Under the pieces are notes generated by a model. It worked only from the letters and a program-made list of their open reading frames with translations, was not told the DNA's origin and did no database searches. Shown piece after piece: positions 29,750 to 39,423 of a DNA stretch of 64,000 nucleotides. Position numbers and translations under genes: made by a program. The DNA is from Candidatus Saccharicenans subterraneus (GTDB lineage: Bacteria; Acidobacteriota; Aminicenantia; Aminicenantales; Saccharicenantaceae), in the NCBI GenBank assembly GCA_003426165.1, contig QUAH01000003.1, forward strand, positions 43,525 to 107,524. Reading direction: 5' to 3'. Numbering within the stretch: position 1 is the stretch's first letter; each line of letters opens with the position of its first letter.

Positions 29750-30322
29750 ATGTTTGGCCATGGAAAAGCGATTAAAAGCCGGCCCTGGTGGCTGGCCTCG
29801 CTGGTAACTCTTATCTTCTTTCAGTTCTCGCTGACCGTTGCCGGTTCAAACGGGACGATGAGCCCGCGGCTCCAGGGGTCTCTATCCGCCGCAGAAATCA
29901 GGAACCTGGCCCGGAACTTTGAGTACAGCCTGGTGGACGGCTCCAGGTACAGGTTGAAGAATGGAATGTATGAATCGGGAAATGGGCTGGATGATTATGT
30001 CAGCCTGAAACTGGCGGCCCTGGCTCTGGGCGACCTCAACGGCGACGGGCAGCCCGAGGCCGCGGTTATCCTGGTTTCCAATTTCGGGGGAAGCGGCTCC
30101 TTTTACGAGATAACGGTTCTAATCAACCGGGGCCAGGACCTGGAACAGACCAATAACCTGGAGTTGGGAGACCGGGTGGAGATAAAAAAGCTGGCCATCA
30201 CTGGAGGCAGAATCAGGCTTGACCTGCTGACACATGGCCCTGACGACCCGATGTGCTGCCCCAGCCAGAAGGCCACTCTTCTCTTCGGGTTGGCTTCGGG
30301 CCGGCTGCAGCTCCTGGAATGA
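29750..30322 (+). CDS. hypothetical secreted protein
   Basis: 190 aa. GGAGG RBS. Signal-like N-terminus. Contains a GDLNGDGQPE (FG-GAP-like Ca-binding) motif. Confidence 0.5.
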   Translation: MFGHGKAIKSRPWWLASLVTLIFFQFSLTVAGSNGTMSPRLQGSLSAAEIRNLARNFEYSLVDGSRYRLKNGMYESGNGLDDYVSLKLAALALGDLNGDGQPEAAVILVSNFGGSGSFYEITVLINRGQDLEQTNNLELGDRVEIKKLAITGGRIRLDLLTHGPDDPMCCPSQKATLLFGLASGRLQLLE

Positions 30323-30499
30323 CCAAGAGCACCGGCTTTATGGCAGATCGTTACCCGCGCTGGTCTCTTAGGAAAACTTCAATTGTAGGCTGATTATAAT
30401 TCTTCACTATCCTGGAGAGGAAGCTTGAATTACAGACTGCTTTTCCCGGGACAGCCAGGCCTCAAGCCTGGAGTAATATAAGGATTCTGCCGTCTGCTC

Positions 30500-31153
30500 T
30501 TAAAAACCGATTCCCAGGAGAACCGAGAAGCCGGTATTCCGGGCCTTGTCGGTCGGAACTGATGAGCCTTCCGACAGGATGTTGCCCAGCCCGTAATGGT
30601 AGCGGGCATCGACCGAGACCTTAAACAGAAGCGGTATCTTGATATCCAGGCCGAGTCCGCCAACCGCGGCCAGGGCGTTGCTCCTGAAATCGCTCTTGAT
30701 GTCTTCTTCTTCGCTGGTTCCCATGTAGGTCATCCTGACCTTGGCCTTTTGCAAAAAGCCGTAGGAGGGACCACCGAAAATGTAGAATTTTACCGGCCCG
30801 GCCGGAATGATGTTCAGCCTGACCAGAAGAGGTATTTCAATATAATCCAGCATGAGCCGAGCCTGGGCCAGGGAGGCCGGGTCGGTTGGGTCCAGCAGAA
30901 CCTGGGCTTCCATCCCGCGGCGGGAATAGAGAACTTCGGGCTGAAGGCCAATCGGCCCGAAATTGAGGCTGAGGAAAGCGCCAAAACAGTAGCCCTGAAG
31001 GTATTTCTGACCGGGCATGTCGATGGCCGGGCTGAAGACAATCTTGGAATTATTCAGTCCGCCCTTAACCCCGAAGGTGACCAGGGCTCGGGCCGGTGAA
31101 GCGGCCAGTGCCATGAACAATAGAATCAGGGAAATAACAAGCGTCTTCTTCAT
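30500..31153 (-). CDS. small outer-membrane beta-barrel protein (OmpA-like 8-strand barrel family)
   Basis: 217 aa. Signal peptide, AGGAGG RBS, terminal Phe. Paralogous to 36067-36690 (shared EVLY..., Y(V/I)EIPLL blocks). Confidence 0.65.
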   Translation of the reverse strand: MKKTLVISLILLFMALAASPARALVTFGVKGGLNNSKIVFSPAIDMPGQKYLQGYCFGAFLSLNFGPIGLQPEVLYSRRGMEAQVLLDPTDPASLAQARLMLDYIEIPLLVRLNIIPAGPVKFYIFGGPSYGFLQKAKVRMTYMGTSEEEDIKSDFRSNALAAVGGLGLDIKIPLLFKVSVDARYHYGLGNILSEGSSVPTDKARNTGFSVLLGIGF

Positions 31154-31447
31154 CGCAACCTCCTTCGAACTAATCTAATAAATTTGCCCTGCCCGTGGCA
31201 AGAAATTTTTAGGGGCAGGCCAATCTTTTCTGCCTGTTATATTAGTCGGTTGGCCGAGAAATTCTTGAAATTGGGCCGGTTCTGGTTTTGCCCTTTTTCT
31301 GGATAAATATGTTCGATTATCGTTCCGGACTTATCAATACGACGTTCCCGCCTTAATCAGTCCTGTCTTTCAACAATAAGTACTTCAGTCTCAATTCAGG
31401 TTTTTGTTATACTTTTCATGATCGTTGAGAACACTTGAGGATAGGTT

Positions 31448-32599
31448 ATGAAAATTGGAAGATTGTTTAGTGCAGCCATTTTTGTTTTGACACTTCTTCT
31501 TCTTTTCACCTTCTCTCCTGCCGGCCAGACTGGAGAGCGCTGGGTGCATCCGGCCTGCCAACCCCTGGAAGTGAGCAAGAAGGGACCATTTGTCCTGATG
31601 CCTGACGGCGCCCTGGCCGCGGTCGATGACCGGGGCTTTTCGGTAAGCCGGGACGGTGGACAAACCTGGTCGCCACCCGTCTTCATCTGCCAGGGGCTCA
31701 ACCCGGCCGAGCCGGCTTCCTATTACCTTTTGTGCACCAGGAATAACGTTCTTATCCTGGTTTATTTGAATTTCGAAGGCAGGAAGTTCAGCTGGGATAA
31801 CGAGAGAAACGAGCCGGGCGATTGCCGCCTGGAAGTCTGGGCCGTAAGGAGCCTGGATGGAGGCCGGACCTGGGTTGACAACCAGCGGATACTCGAGGGT
31901 TATAACCCAAATTTCTTCGGGCTGGTCCAGCTATCAGGCGGCCGGGTGGTGGTGCCGTTGCAGCACCTGGTCTCCGACCCCGGGCGTCTGGTGGTCTGTT
32001 CTTTTTATTCTGACGATGACGGCCTGACCTGGAGGCGCAGCAACTGGATTGACCTGGGCGGGCACGGTCATCATGACGGGGCCTTCGAACCGACGATTGC
32101 CGAGCTGCCAGACGGTCGGGTCTTGATGCTGATCAGAACCGGGCTGGACCGTTTCTGGCAGGCTATTTCCGAGGACGGAAAATACTGGCGCACGATACAG
32201 CCATCAAGAATCGATGCCAGCAGTTCTCCCGGTTATCTCCTCCGCCTCAGCAGCGGTCGCTATGCCCTGGTCTGGAACAGGCTGAATCCGGAAGGCCGGG
32301 TCTTTGAAAAAACCAGGCCCACGCCTTTCCATTCAGAACTTCCGGCTTCCTGGCACCGGGAGGAGCTGAGCCTGGCCTTTTCGGATGATGGATTTAACTG
32401 GTCTCGGCCGGTGGTCATCGCCCGGCAGCCTGGCGGCCAGCTCAGCTATCCCTATGTCTTTGAACCCGAGCCAGGCGTGCTCTGGGTTATTGCTGGCTTT
32501 GCCTTCAAAAAATTCTGGCAGGACCCGGCTCCGCTGGCCCTGAAGCTGCGCGAGGCGGATTTTGTCGGGTCCGGGAAGATTAAGAATTCAAAAAGGTGA
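31448..32599 (+). CDS. BNR-repeat (sialidase/GH33-like beta-propeller) protein
   Basis: 383 aa with a signal peptide and five BNR motifs SxDxGxTW (SRDGGQTW, SLDGGRTW, SDDDGLTW, SEDGKYW, SDDGFNW). Confidence 0.65.
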   Translation: MKIGRLFSAAIFVLTLLLLFTFSPAGQTGERWVHPACQPLEVSKKGPFVLMPDGALAAVDDRGFSVSRDGGQTWSPPVFICQGLNPAEPASYYLLCTRNNVLILVYLNFEGRKFSWDNERNEPGDCRLEVWAVRSLDGGRTWVDNQRILEGYNPNFFGLVQLSGGRVVVPLQHLVSDPGRLVVCSFYSDDDGLTWRRSNWIDLGGHGHHDGAFEPTIAELPDGRVLMLIRTGLDRFWQAISEDGKYWRTIQPSRIDASSSPGYLLRLSSGRYALVWNRLNPEGRVFEKTRPTPFHSELPASWHREELSLAFSDDGFNWSRPVVIARQPGGQLSYPYVFEPEPGVLWVIAGFAFKKFWQDPAPLALKLREADFVGSGKIKNSKR

Positions 32600-32698
32600 A
32601 AGATTGAAGCCGGCTGGCAGGCTTTATCGAAGCAGGAGTAGCTTGACCGGATCAAATAGATTAGATATGGTTCACTTAATTATAACGGGGAGGAAGAA

Positions 32699-33598
32699 AT
32701 GAAAAACAGAGCAGGCCTGGGTTTGCTGTTGGCGGTCCTGTTTGCCTTCCTAGCCTGGCCGCTGTCAGGTCAGGACCGAAAGCCCAAGATTTATATCTCG
32801 GTTGACATCGAGGGCATTGCCCACGTGGTCAATGCCCAGACCGCGGCCGGGCAGTTTGATTATGAACGCGGTAGGAGATTGATGACGGGAGAAGTGAATG
32901 CGGCCATCGAAGGCTGCCTGGCGGCCGGGGCGGGGGAGATTGTCGTTTCAGACTCGCACGGCAACGCCCAGAACATTATTCCCGAAGAGCTTAATGAAAA
33001 GGCCCATCTGATCAGGTCCTTTCCTCGTCCGCTGCTGCAGATGGAAGGGATTGACGGCAGCTTTGACGGGGTCATTTTCATCGGCTATCACCCGAAGGAG
33101 GGAACTCCCGAGGCCAACCTTTCCCACACCATCTGGGGAACCAAGTTTGCCGAGATCAGGGTAAACGGCCTGGTGATTTCCGAGGCCCTGTTCAACGCGG
33201 CCGTGGCCGGTCATTTTGGTGTCCCGGTGATCATGGTCTGCGGGGACCAGAATGTGGTAAGAGAGGCCCGGGAAAATCTTGGCCCGGTGGAAACCGTCAT
33301 GACCAAGGAATCGCTGGGATTCCTCGTGGCCAAGTCGGCCCATCCCAGGGTCATCCAGGCCGAAATCAAACAGAAAGCGGAACAGGCCGTCAGGAGAATC
33401 CGGGAATTCAAGCCTTACTCCGTGAAGAAACCGGTCATCCTCGACCTGTCTTTTAAGAATATTTTCGATGCCGAGACCACGGCTTACCTGCCCTGGGTTA
33501 AGAGAACGGAAGGAAAGGCGGTTCGGGTGGAATTCAGGGACATGCTGGAGGCCAACCGCTTTATAACTGCCCTTTTTGCCATCAACAACCGGACCTGA
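32699..33598 (+). CDS. M55 family D-aminopeptidase (DppA-like)
   Basis: 299 aa. KIYISVDIEGIAHV and SDSHGN motifs typical of M55. Signal peptide. GGGAGG RBS. Confidence 0.7.
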   Translation: MKNRAGLGLLLAVLFAFLAWPLSGQDRKPKIYISVDIEGIAHVVNAQTAAGQFDYERGRRLMTGEVNAAIEGCLAAGAGEIVVSDSHGNAQNIIPEELNEKAHLIRSFPRPLLQMEGIDGSFDGVIFIGYHPKEGTPEANLSHTIWGTKFAEIRVNGLVISEALFNAAVAGHFGVPVIMVCGDQNVVREARENLGPVETVMTKESLGFLVAKSAHPRVIQAEIKQKAEQAVRRIREFKPYSVKKPVILDLSFKNIFDAETTAYLPWVKRTEGKAVRVEFRDMLEANRFITALFAINNRT

Positions 33599-33838
33599 GA
33601 GCAGATCTAACCGGACAGGAGTCCAGCTAAATGCACCCGGGCCAGAGAGTCCTGGTTGGCCCTGGGGGTAAGATTCAGGCAGCATCTATCTGCCGATGCT
33701 AACAGAAATTTTCGTAATCATCGTCCAACTGTCATCAGGGCCCGGCGGCGACCCGGCTAACTTCAGGTTGCCATAACCCCGGATTTGTTGTAATTAAAGG
33801 AAGTTCAGGCTTCTGATTTTTTCGAGAAAGCAAGTCCA

Positions 33839-35812
33839 ATGACGCTTTTCCTTCTGGCCGAGCTGCTGACGGTCCTGCTGGCTTCGATTCTGGTAATTGT
33901 CCTCTTCAACCGGCTGCGAATTCCGGCGGTGGTCGGCTTCCTGATTACCGGCATCATCATCGGACCCGGCGGTCTGGCCCTGGTCAAGAACCCGGGGATG
34001 ATCAATGCCCTGGCCGAGATCGGGGTGATGATGCTGCTTTTTATCATCGGCATCGAATTCTCGCTGGAGCGGCTGCAGAGAATCCAGCGCTATTTCTGGT
34101 TCGGCGGCAGCCTGCAGGTGCTGATAACCGTGGCCGTGGTCAGCCTGCTTTCCCGGTTCCTGGGGGCCACGGTAGAGGTGGCCATTACCTATGGATTCCT
34201 GGTGGCCCTGAGTTCCACGGCGGTGGTACTGAAGTTGCTGTCCGACCGGGGACAGGTGGATGCCCCCCACGGCCAGATTTCCATGGGTATCCTGATTTTT
34301 CAGGACATGGCCCTGGTGCCCATGCTGGCTCTGATTCCTCTTCTGGCCAATCTTCAGGCCGTGTCACTGACAGCCCTGAGCGGGCGTTTCTTGCTGAGCC
34401 TGGCGGCAGTGGCGGCCGTTTTCTTCGTGGCCAGGAAGGTCATGCCAGCCATCATCTCGGTTATCGTCAGGACCAGGATCAAGGAGATTTTCCTGATGTC
34501 GGCCCTGCTGGCCTGCCTGGGGATGGCCTACCTGACCTCGTCTCTCGGCCTGTCGCTGGCCCTCGGGGCTTTTCTGGCCGGCATAATAATCTCCGAATCT
34601 TACTACAGCCACCAGGTGGTTTCTGACATCCTGCCCTTCAAAGATGTCTTTAATAGCCTGTTCTTTGTGTCCATCGGCCTGCTGCTAGATACCCGGCTGG
34701 CCTGGAACCTGGGCTGGCGGGTACTGGCCGTGGTGGCCGGCATTATTCTGGTTAAGTTAGGCATCGTGTTTTTAACGGTCAGATTGCTTGGATTCAACTC
34801 CAGGGTTTCCCTGCTGACTGCCCTGGGTCTGGCCCAGATCGGGGAGTTTTCCTTTGTCCTGGCCGGGGTGGCCAGGGAAAATGGACTGCTGACCGGGCAG
34901 GTCTTCCAGGTGTTCATGGCTTCTTCGGTGCTGACCATCCTGGTTACCCCGCTGCTCATGGCAATTGGTCCCCGGCTGGCTGAAAGAATTCGAGACAGGT
35001 TGGGCCGGCCGGTCAGCCCGGAGCTGGCCAGCATTAAAGCCCAGTCACTTCAGGACCATGTAATCATTGCCGGATTCGGTCTCAACGGTCGAAACCTGGC
35101 CCGGGTGCTGAAGGAAACCGGAATTTCTTATGTGATTGTCGAGATAAATCCTGACACTTTCCGGGTCGCCTGCCAGGGCGGAGAACCTATAATTTTCGGA
35201 GACGCTTCCAGCCAGGTAATCCTGAAAGAAGCCGGACTGGACCGGGCCCGTTCCCTGGTGGTGGCCATCTCCGACCCGGACGGGGCCAGGAGGGCGGTTC
35301 ATACCGCCAGGAATCTGAACCCGGAAATCTTTATAATCGTCCGGACCCGTTTCGCTTCGGAAATTGAGGAGCTGTATTCTCTCGGCGCCAATGATGTCAT
35401 TCCCGAGGAGTTTGAAACCTCGATTGAAATCTTTGTCCGGGTCCTGGAAAAGTATCACCTGCCGCGAAACATCATCAATACCCAGGTGCAGATTATCCGG
35501 AGTGAACGGTATGGTATCCTGCGGGGAGCCCGTTCCTCGTCCCGCCGCCTCTCGGAAAAAATCTACGATTACCTGGAAGCCGGGGTGGTGGAAACCTACC
35601 TGGTGCCAGCCGGATCCTGGGTGGCCGGAAAAACCCTGGGTGAAATCGACCTGCGGGGAAAAACCGGGGTTACGGTCATCGCCGTGGTCAGGAATGAGAA
35701 GACCCATAGCGGTCCCGGGGCTGAATTCCGACTGGACGAGCGTGATATCCTGGTCCTGGTGGGAGACCACCGGGCCATGGACGAGGCTTTTGCCTATCTG
35801 GGCAGGGAGTAA
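33839..35812 (+). CDS. CPA2-family cation:proton antiporter with C-terminal TrkA-N and TrkA-C domains (Kef-type)
   Basis: 657 aa. A 12-13 TM Na/H exchanger domain, then a Rossmann IIAGFGLNGRNLAR and a TrkA-C-like end. Confidence 0.8.
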   Translation: MTLFLLAELLTVLLASILVIVLFNRLRIPAVVGFLITGIIIGPGGLALVKNPGMINALAEIGVMMLLFIIGIEFSLERLQRIQRYFWFGGSLQVLITVAVVSLLSRFLGATVEVAITYGFLVALSSTAVVLKLLSDRGQVDAPHGQISMGILIFQDMALVPMLALIPLLANLQAVSLTALSGRFLLSLAAVAAVFFVARKVMPAIISVIVRTRIKEIFLMSALLACLGMAYLTSSLGLSLALGAFLAGIIISESYYSHQVVSDILPFKDVFNSLFFVSIGLLLDTRLAWNLGWRVLAVVAGIILVKLGIVFLTVRLLGFNSRVSLLTALGLAQIGEFSFVLAGVARENGLLTGQVFQVFMASSVLTILVTPLLMAIGPRLAERIRDRLGRPVSPELASIKAQSLQDHVIIAGFGLNGRNLARVLKETGISYVIVEINPDTFRVACQGGEPIIFGDASSQVILKEAGLDRARSLVVAISDPDGARRAVHTARNLNPEIFIIVRTRFASEIEELYSLGANDVIPEEFETSIEIFVRVLEKYHLPRNIINTQVQIIRSERYGILRGARSSSRRLSEKIYDYLEAGVVETYLVPAGSWVAGKTLGEIDLRGKTGVTVIAVVRNEKTHSGPGAEFRLDERDILVLVGDHRAMDEAFAYLGRE

Positions 35813-35985
35813 AGAGACAGGGTTGTAAGCTGGCGGTTGAAACTGGCCAAACCGTCTCTGGTTTCTTAAAAAACAAATCTTTCCGAAGCCGGTGGCAGCC
35901 AGCCGCTGGAAAGGGATAAAAAAATAAAAATCGCGCCGGGCTATCTTATCCCGTCCTGGTCAGGGACCGACCATAAAATAATTCT

Positions 35986-36026
35986 AAAAAAAAGAGCCCT
36001 CCTCCAGACTGGCGGAGAGCTCTTCT
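35986..36026 (-). terminator. intrinsic terminator of the 36067-36690 gene (hairpin followed by an 8-U run on the minus strand)
   Basis: AAGAGC...GCTCTT stem with an A8 run on the plus strand, which is U8 after the stem on the minus strand. Confidence 0.5.
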
Positions 36027-36041
36027 CGTGACTCAATGAGC

Positions 36042-36058
36042 CCAGGCCTAAGGCCTGG
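36042..36058 (-). terminator. second hairpin CCAGGCC-taa-GGCCTGG immediately after the stop (tandem with the terminator above)
   Basis: Perfect 7-bp inverted repeat starting 9 nt past the stop codon. Confidence 0.35.
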
Positions 36059-36066
36059 AGCGAAAG

Positions 36067-36690
36067 TTAAAAAGCAATTCCGATGGTGGCCGACCAGACG
36101 CCGTTCTTGACATCCGGCTGAATGCCTTCATCGATGGCAGTCAACACTTTTTTCAGGCCCAGGCTGTACCTGACGTCGATCATGAAATGACGACCGAAAT
36201 CCAGCCCGGCGCCAAAGATGGCCCCGTAGTCGTTATTTTCCAGCACGTTTTCTTCCAGCGGAACATCCTCGCCATTCAGCTGGAATTTTTCTCTGAGTTT
36301 AAAACCGACGGATGGTCCGGCAAAGATGGCCGGCTGGATGCCGGGGGTGGGAATCCTGATTTTCAGCAGCAGGGGAATTTCCACGTAGTCGCCGTAGAGT
36401 TTCCCGGTATACTCCCCGAGCGGGTCGTTGATCTGGGAGCCCTTCATGGTGTACAGAACTTCCGGCTGTATGGTGACAATTTTCCCGATGTTGATGGCCA
36501 GGAATATTCCGGCCACCAGTCCGACTTTGTTCTTGATGGTTCCTTCCAGGTCCTGGATGTCCGCTCCGGTCAACTTGGCCGCGTTACCCCCGCCGCGGAT
36601 TCCGAACTGGATGCCTGCCTGGGCCGCGCTCTGGCCAGCAACCAGGCAGAGGAACATGGCAATCAGAACCGAGGTGAAAAGTTTTTTCAT
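36067..36690 (-). CDS. small outer-membrane beta-barrel protein (paralog of 30500-31153)
   Basis: 207 aa. Signal peptide, AGGAGG RBS, ends ...TIGIAF. Confidence 0.65.
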   Translation of the reverse strand: MKKLFTSVLIAMFLCLVAGQSAAQAGIQFGIRGGGNAAKLTGADIQDLEGTIKNKVGLVAGIFLAINIGKIVTIQPEVLYTMKGSQINDPLGEYTGKLYGDYVEIPLLLKIRIPTPGIQPAIFAGPSVGFKLREKFQLNGEDVPLEENVLENNDYGAIFGAGLDFGRHFMIDVRYSLGLKKVLTAIDEGIQPDVKNGVWSATIGIAF

Positions 36691-36896
36691 AATAACCTCC
36701 TATTCATAGCTCGCCCAGATGATAAGTCCGGAGGCGTCTTCCCGCCATACCCCTTAGGGGTGAACTGGCGGGCTATTTTTTGGTGCCTGACAGGGTTGAG
36801 TCCTGGATTTGACCCGGGTTTTAATATCTTGGCGCGGGTTGACCGATGGGGTAAAATACAGGAGCAGAATTTATAGAGAAGATACGGAGGCTTCTA

Positions 36897-37300
36897 TGAA
36901 CGACAGGGAAATCCGGGTGACCTTTGAGGGCAACCTGAAAGTGAAAGCTGAATACAGGGGTATGAGTATCCTGACCGACCAGCCGGCCTATGCCGGCGGA
37001 GACGGGTCCGCGCCCGCTCCGTTCGACCTTTTCCTCGCTTCCCTTGCCACCTGTGCTGGCTACTATGTGCTGGCCTTTTGCAAGCAGAGAGGCCTGGCCA
37101 CGGAAGGCATCTACCTGACCATGTCCATGGAAAAGGGGCCGGCCTCCAAGATGATCGAAAAAATAAGAATAGAAATACACCTGCCGTCAGGTTTTCCGGA
37201 GAAGTATAAAGAAGCTGTGGTCAGGGCCGCCGACCAGTGCGCGGTGAAAGCTCACATCCTCAAGGCCCCGGCTTTTGAGGTGCTGACCGTTCAGGACTGA
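36897..37300 (+). CDS. OsmC/Ohr family peroxiredoxin-like protein
   Basis: 134 aa from the ATG at 36897 (GGAGG RBS). The conserved Cys pair and DLFLASLATCAGYYV block match OsmC. Confidence 0.75.
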
Positions 37301-37326
37301 CCCGAAGGCAGGTAGCCGCCATAATC

Positions 37327-38205
37327 ATGAGCCAAGAGTCAGGCCGGGCCAAGCTGTTTCCGGCGGAAAAGCTAATCATCCTTTCGGTTTCCTTTTTTTC
37401 TTTTATCCTCCTGGTTGATTACTTTTTAAGAGGGAACCGTGAAGTTTTCCTGGTCCCGGTCAGCCTGGCCGTAATTTTAATCTTTTTATACCTGCCTCAG
37501 CTCCGGCAGAGATACGCCGAAAATCGAACGCGCCTTTTCCTTTTATCGGCCCTTACTCTGCCCGGTTATGCCTATCTTTATAAACTGGCCGGGGCCCTGG
37601 TTCAGTTTCTCCGGCGCCCGTGGCAGGATGAGCTCCTGGCCCGCCTGGACCTGGCCATCTTTGGCTTTAGTCCCAACCTGGCCCTGAGCGGCTTTCAGCC
37701 AGCCTGGCTGACCGAGCTGATGATGTTTTCCTACCTGGCCTATCTGCCACTGGTGGTCTGGCTGGCCTATGCGCTTTTTCGAAACAGGGACCAGGCCGGT
37801 CTCCAGTCTTATACTTTTACCCTTGGACTGGCTTACCTGACCTGTTTCCTCCTTTTTATCCTGGTCCCGGCCTCCAGCCCCAGGTTCTACTTCCAGGGGC
37901 TGACCCCGGAAGGCGGGTTTCTTTTTCGTCGCTTGATGAACCTGGTGGAGACCTCGGCTCAATACCGCGGCGGCTCTTTTCCCTCGGCTCACTGTGCTGC
38001 CGGGACGGTTATGCTGTATTTCTCGTTGAAGGCTGGAAAAAAAGTGGCCCTGGTGGTCATCCCTCTCATCATCCTTTTTTTTGTCAGCACGGTCTATGGC
38101 CAGTATCATTATGCGGTAGATGTGCTGGCCGGAATCATTGTCGGGTTGGTCGCTATTCCAATTTCTAAGATGATTCTTGGCGACAGGTTACCAGGTTTAA
38201 AATGA
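37327..38205 (+). CDS. PAP2-superfamily membrane phosphatase/transferase
   Basis: 292 aa with 6 TM segments. PAP2 motifs SFPSAH and YHYAVDV. Confidence 0.7.
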   Translation: MSQESGRAKLFPAEKLIILSVSFFSFILLVDYFLRGNREVFLVPVSLAVILIFLYLPQLRQRYAENRTRLFLLSALTLPGYAYLYKLAGALVQFLRRPWQDELLARLDLAIFGFSPNLALSGFQPAWLTELMMFSYLAYLPLVVWLAYALFRNRDQAGLQSYTFTLGLAYLTCFLLFILVPASSPRFYFQGLTPEGGFLFRRLMNLVETSAQYRGGSFPSAHCAAGTVMLYFSLKAGKKVALVVIPLIILFFVSTVYGQYHYAVDVLAGIIVGLVAIPISKMILGDRLPGLK

Positions 38206-38289
38206 CCGTTGGTTTCTGGCCACGACCTGAAAAATGGTCTATTAAAAAAAATGAAGCGGCACTTCCTCGACTTGTCTGCCGGTTGACGG

Positions 38290-39294
38290 TCAATCTTGCC
38301 TTGAACTTTTTGTTCTGTAACCGAGCCATTCGCAGGTGGCTTTAAGGCCAGCCCGCAGGCCCCGGGGTTGATAACCGAGTTCGTTTTGGGCTTTTTTAAT
38401 TGAAACTTCCCAGTCCTGGAGGAAAGTCCGGACCCAGCCTTCCGTTATCAATGGATAGATTCCCAGCCTTCTGGCTTTCCAGCCTTCCAGCCTGGCCAGG
38501 GCCAGGGCCAGCGAAGGCGGTATAGCCAGGCGCAGGGCGCGGCGGCCGGAGACCTCTTCCAGCAGGTCATAAAAACCGGCCAGAGAAATATTTTCATCAC
38601 CCAGAAAATAGGCCTGGCCGGCCCGACCCCCGCTCATCAGCAACTTCAAGCCCGTGACCACGTCTTCCACGTAAACGTAATTGCCCCTCTGCTGGCCCCG
38701 TTTCAAGACCGGGCAGAACCTGAATTTCAAATAGTACTTGATAAGTCTGGTGACGGAGTTGGCTTCTGACATCAAACCCGGCCCGTAAACCCTGGTCGGG
38801 CGACCGACAACTATTTCCAGGCCCCGTTTCAGGTATTCGGGAATTATTTTTTCAGAAAGGGCCTTGCTGGCCTCGTAGGCGGTAAAGTAAGGAATTTGGT
38901 CCCGGTTGTTGTCTTCTGTTGCCGGGACGGAGCCAGAGGGGCCGCAGACCACGGAGGAGCTGACGTATACCACCCTTTGCAGGCCGGCAGCCAGCGCAGC
39001 TTCCAGGATGTTCCGGAAACCTTCCACGTTAATTCTGTAAAATGCCCTGTCGTCCGGGGCCCAGTTTCTGGCGTAGGCGGCCAGGTGGTAGAGCCGGTGG
39101 CAGCCGGTTAGGGCTCTTTTAAGAGCGGACGGGTCCAACAGATCGACCCTGACCGTTTCTGCGGAAGATTCCTGAAGCCAATCGGGTCTTTTAGGACTGC
39201 GGACCAACAAGCGGAGATTTTCCCCGTCGCTTAGAAGTCTGCGGACCAGGTGCCTTCCGATAAACCCGGTGCCGCCGGTTAAAGCCGTAATCAT
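38290..39294 (-). CDS. NAD-dependent epimerase/dehydratase (extended SDR)
   Basis: About 334 aa from the ATG at 39294 (MITALTGGTGFIGRHLV; GAGG RBS). The track start at 39354 is a long unconserved extension. Confidence 0.75.
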   Translation of the reverse strand: MITALTGGTGFIGRHLVRRLLSDGENLRLLVRSPKRPDWLQESSAETVRVDLLDPSALKRALTGCHRLYHLAAYARNWAPDDRAFYRINVEGFRNILEAALAAGLQRVVYVSSSVVCGPSGSVPATEDNNRDQIPYFTAYEASKALSEKIIPEYLKRGLEIVVGRPTRVYGPGLMSEANSVTRLIKYYLKFRFCPVLKRGQQRGNYVYVEDVVTGLKLLMSGGRAGQAYFLGDENISLAGFYDLLEEVSGRRALRLAIPPSLALALARLEGWKARRLGIYPLITEGWVRTFLQDWEVSIKKAQNELGYQPRGLRAGLKATCEWLGYRTKSSRQD

Positions 39295-39423
39295 TTCTTC
39301 CAACCCTCGGCCTCGATCTTTCCGGATTATAGATTTAATCCAGGCCGGCGGCAACTTCTGGTGGACGTTGGGCAGCGGTTTGTGGATAATCAGAGTGAAC
39401 TCATCACCAACTGGAGGTCCAGC

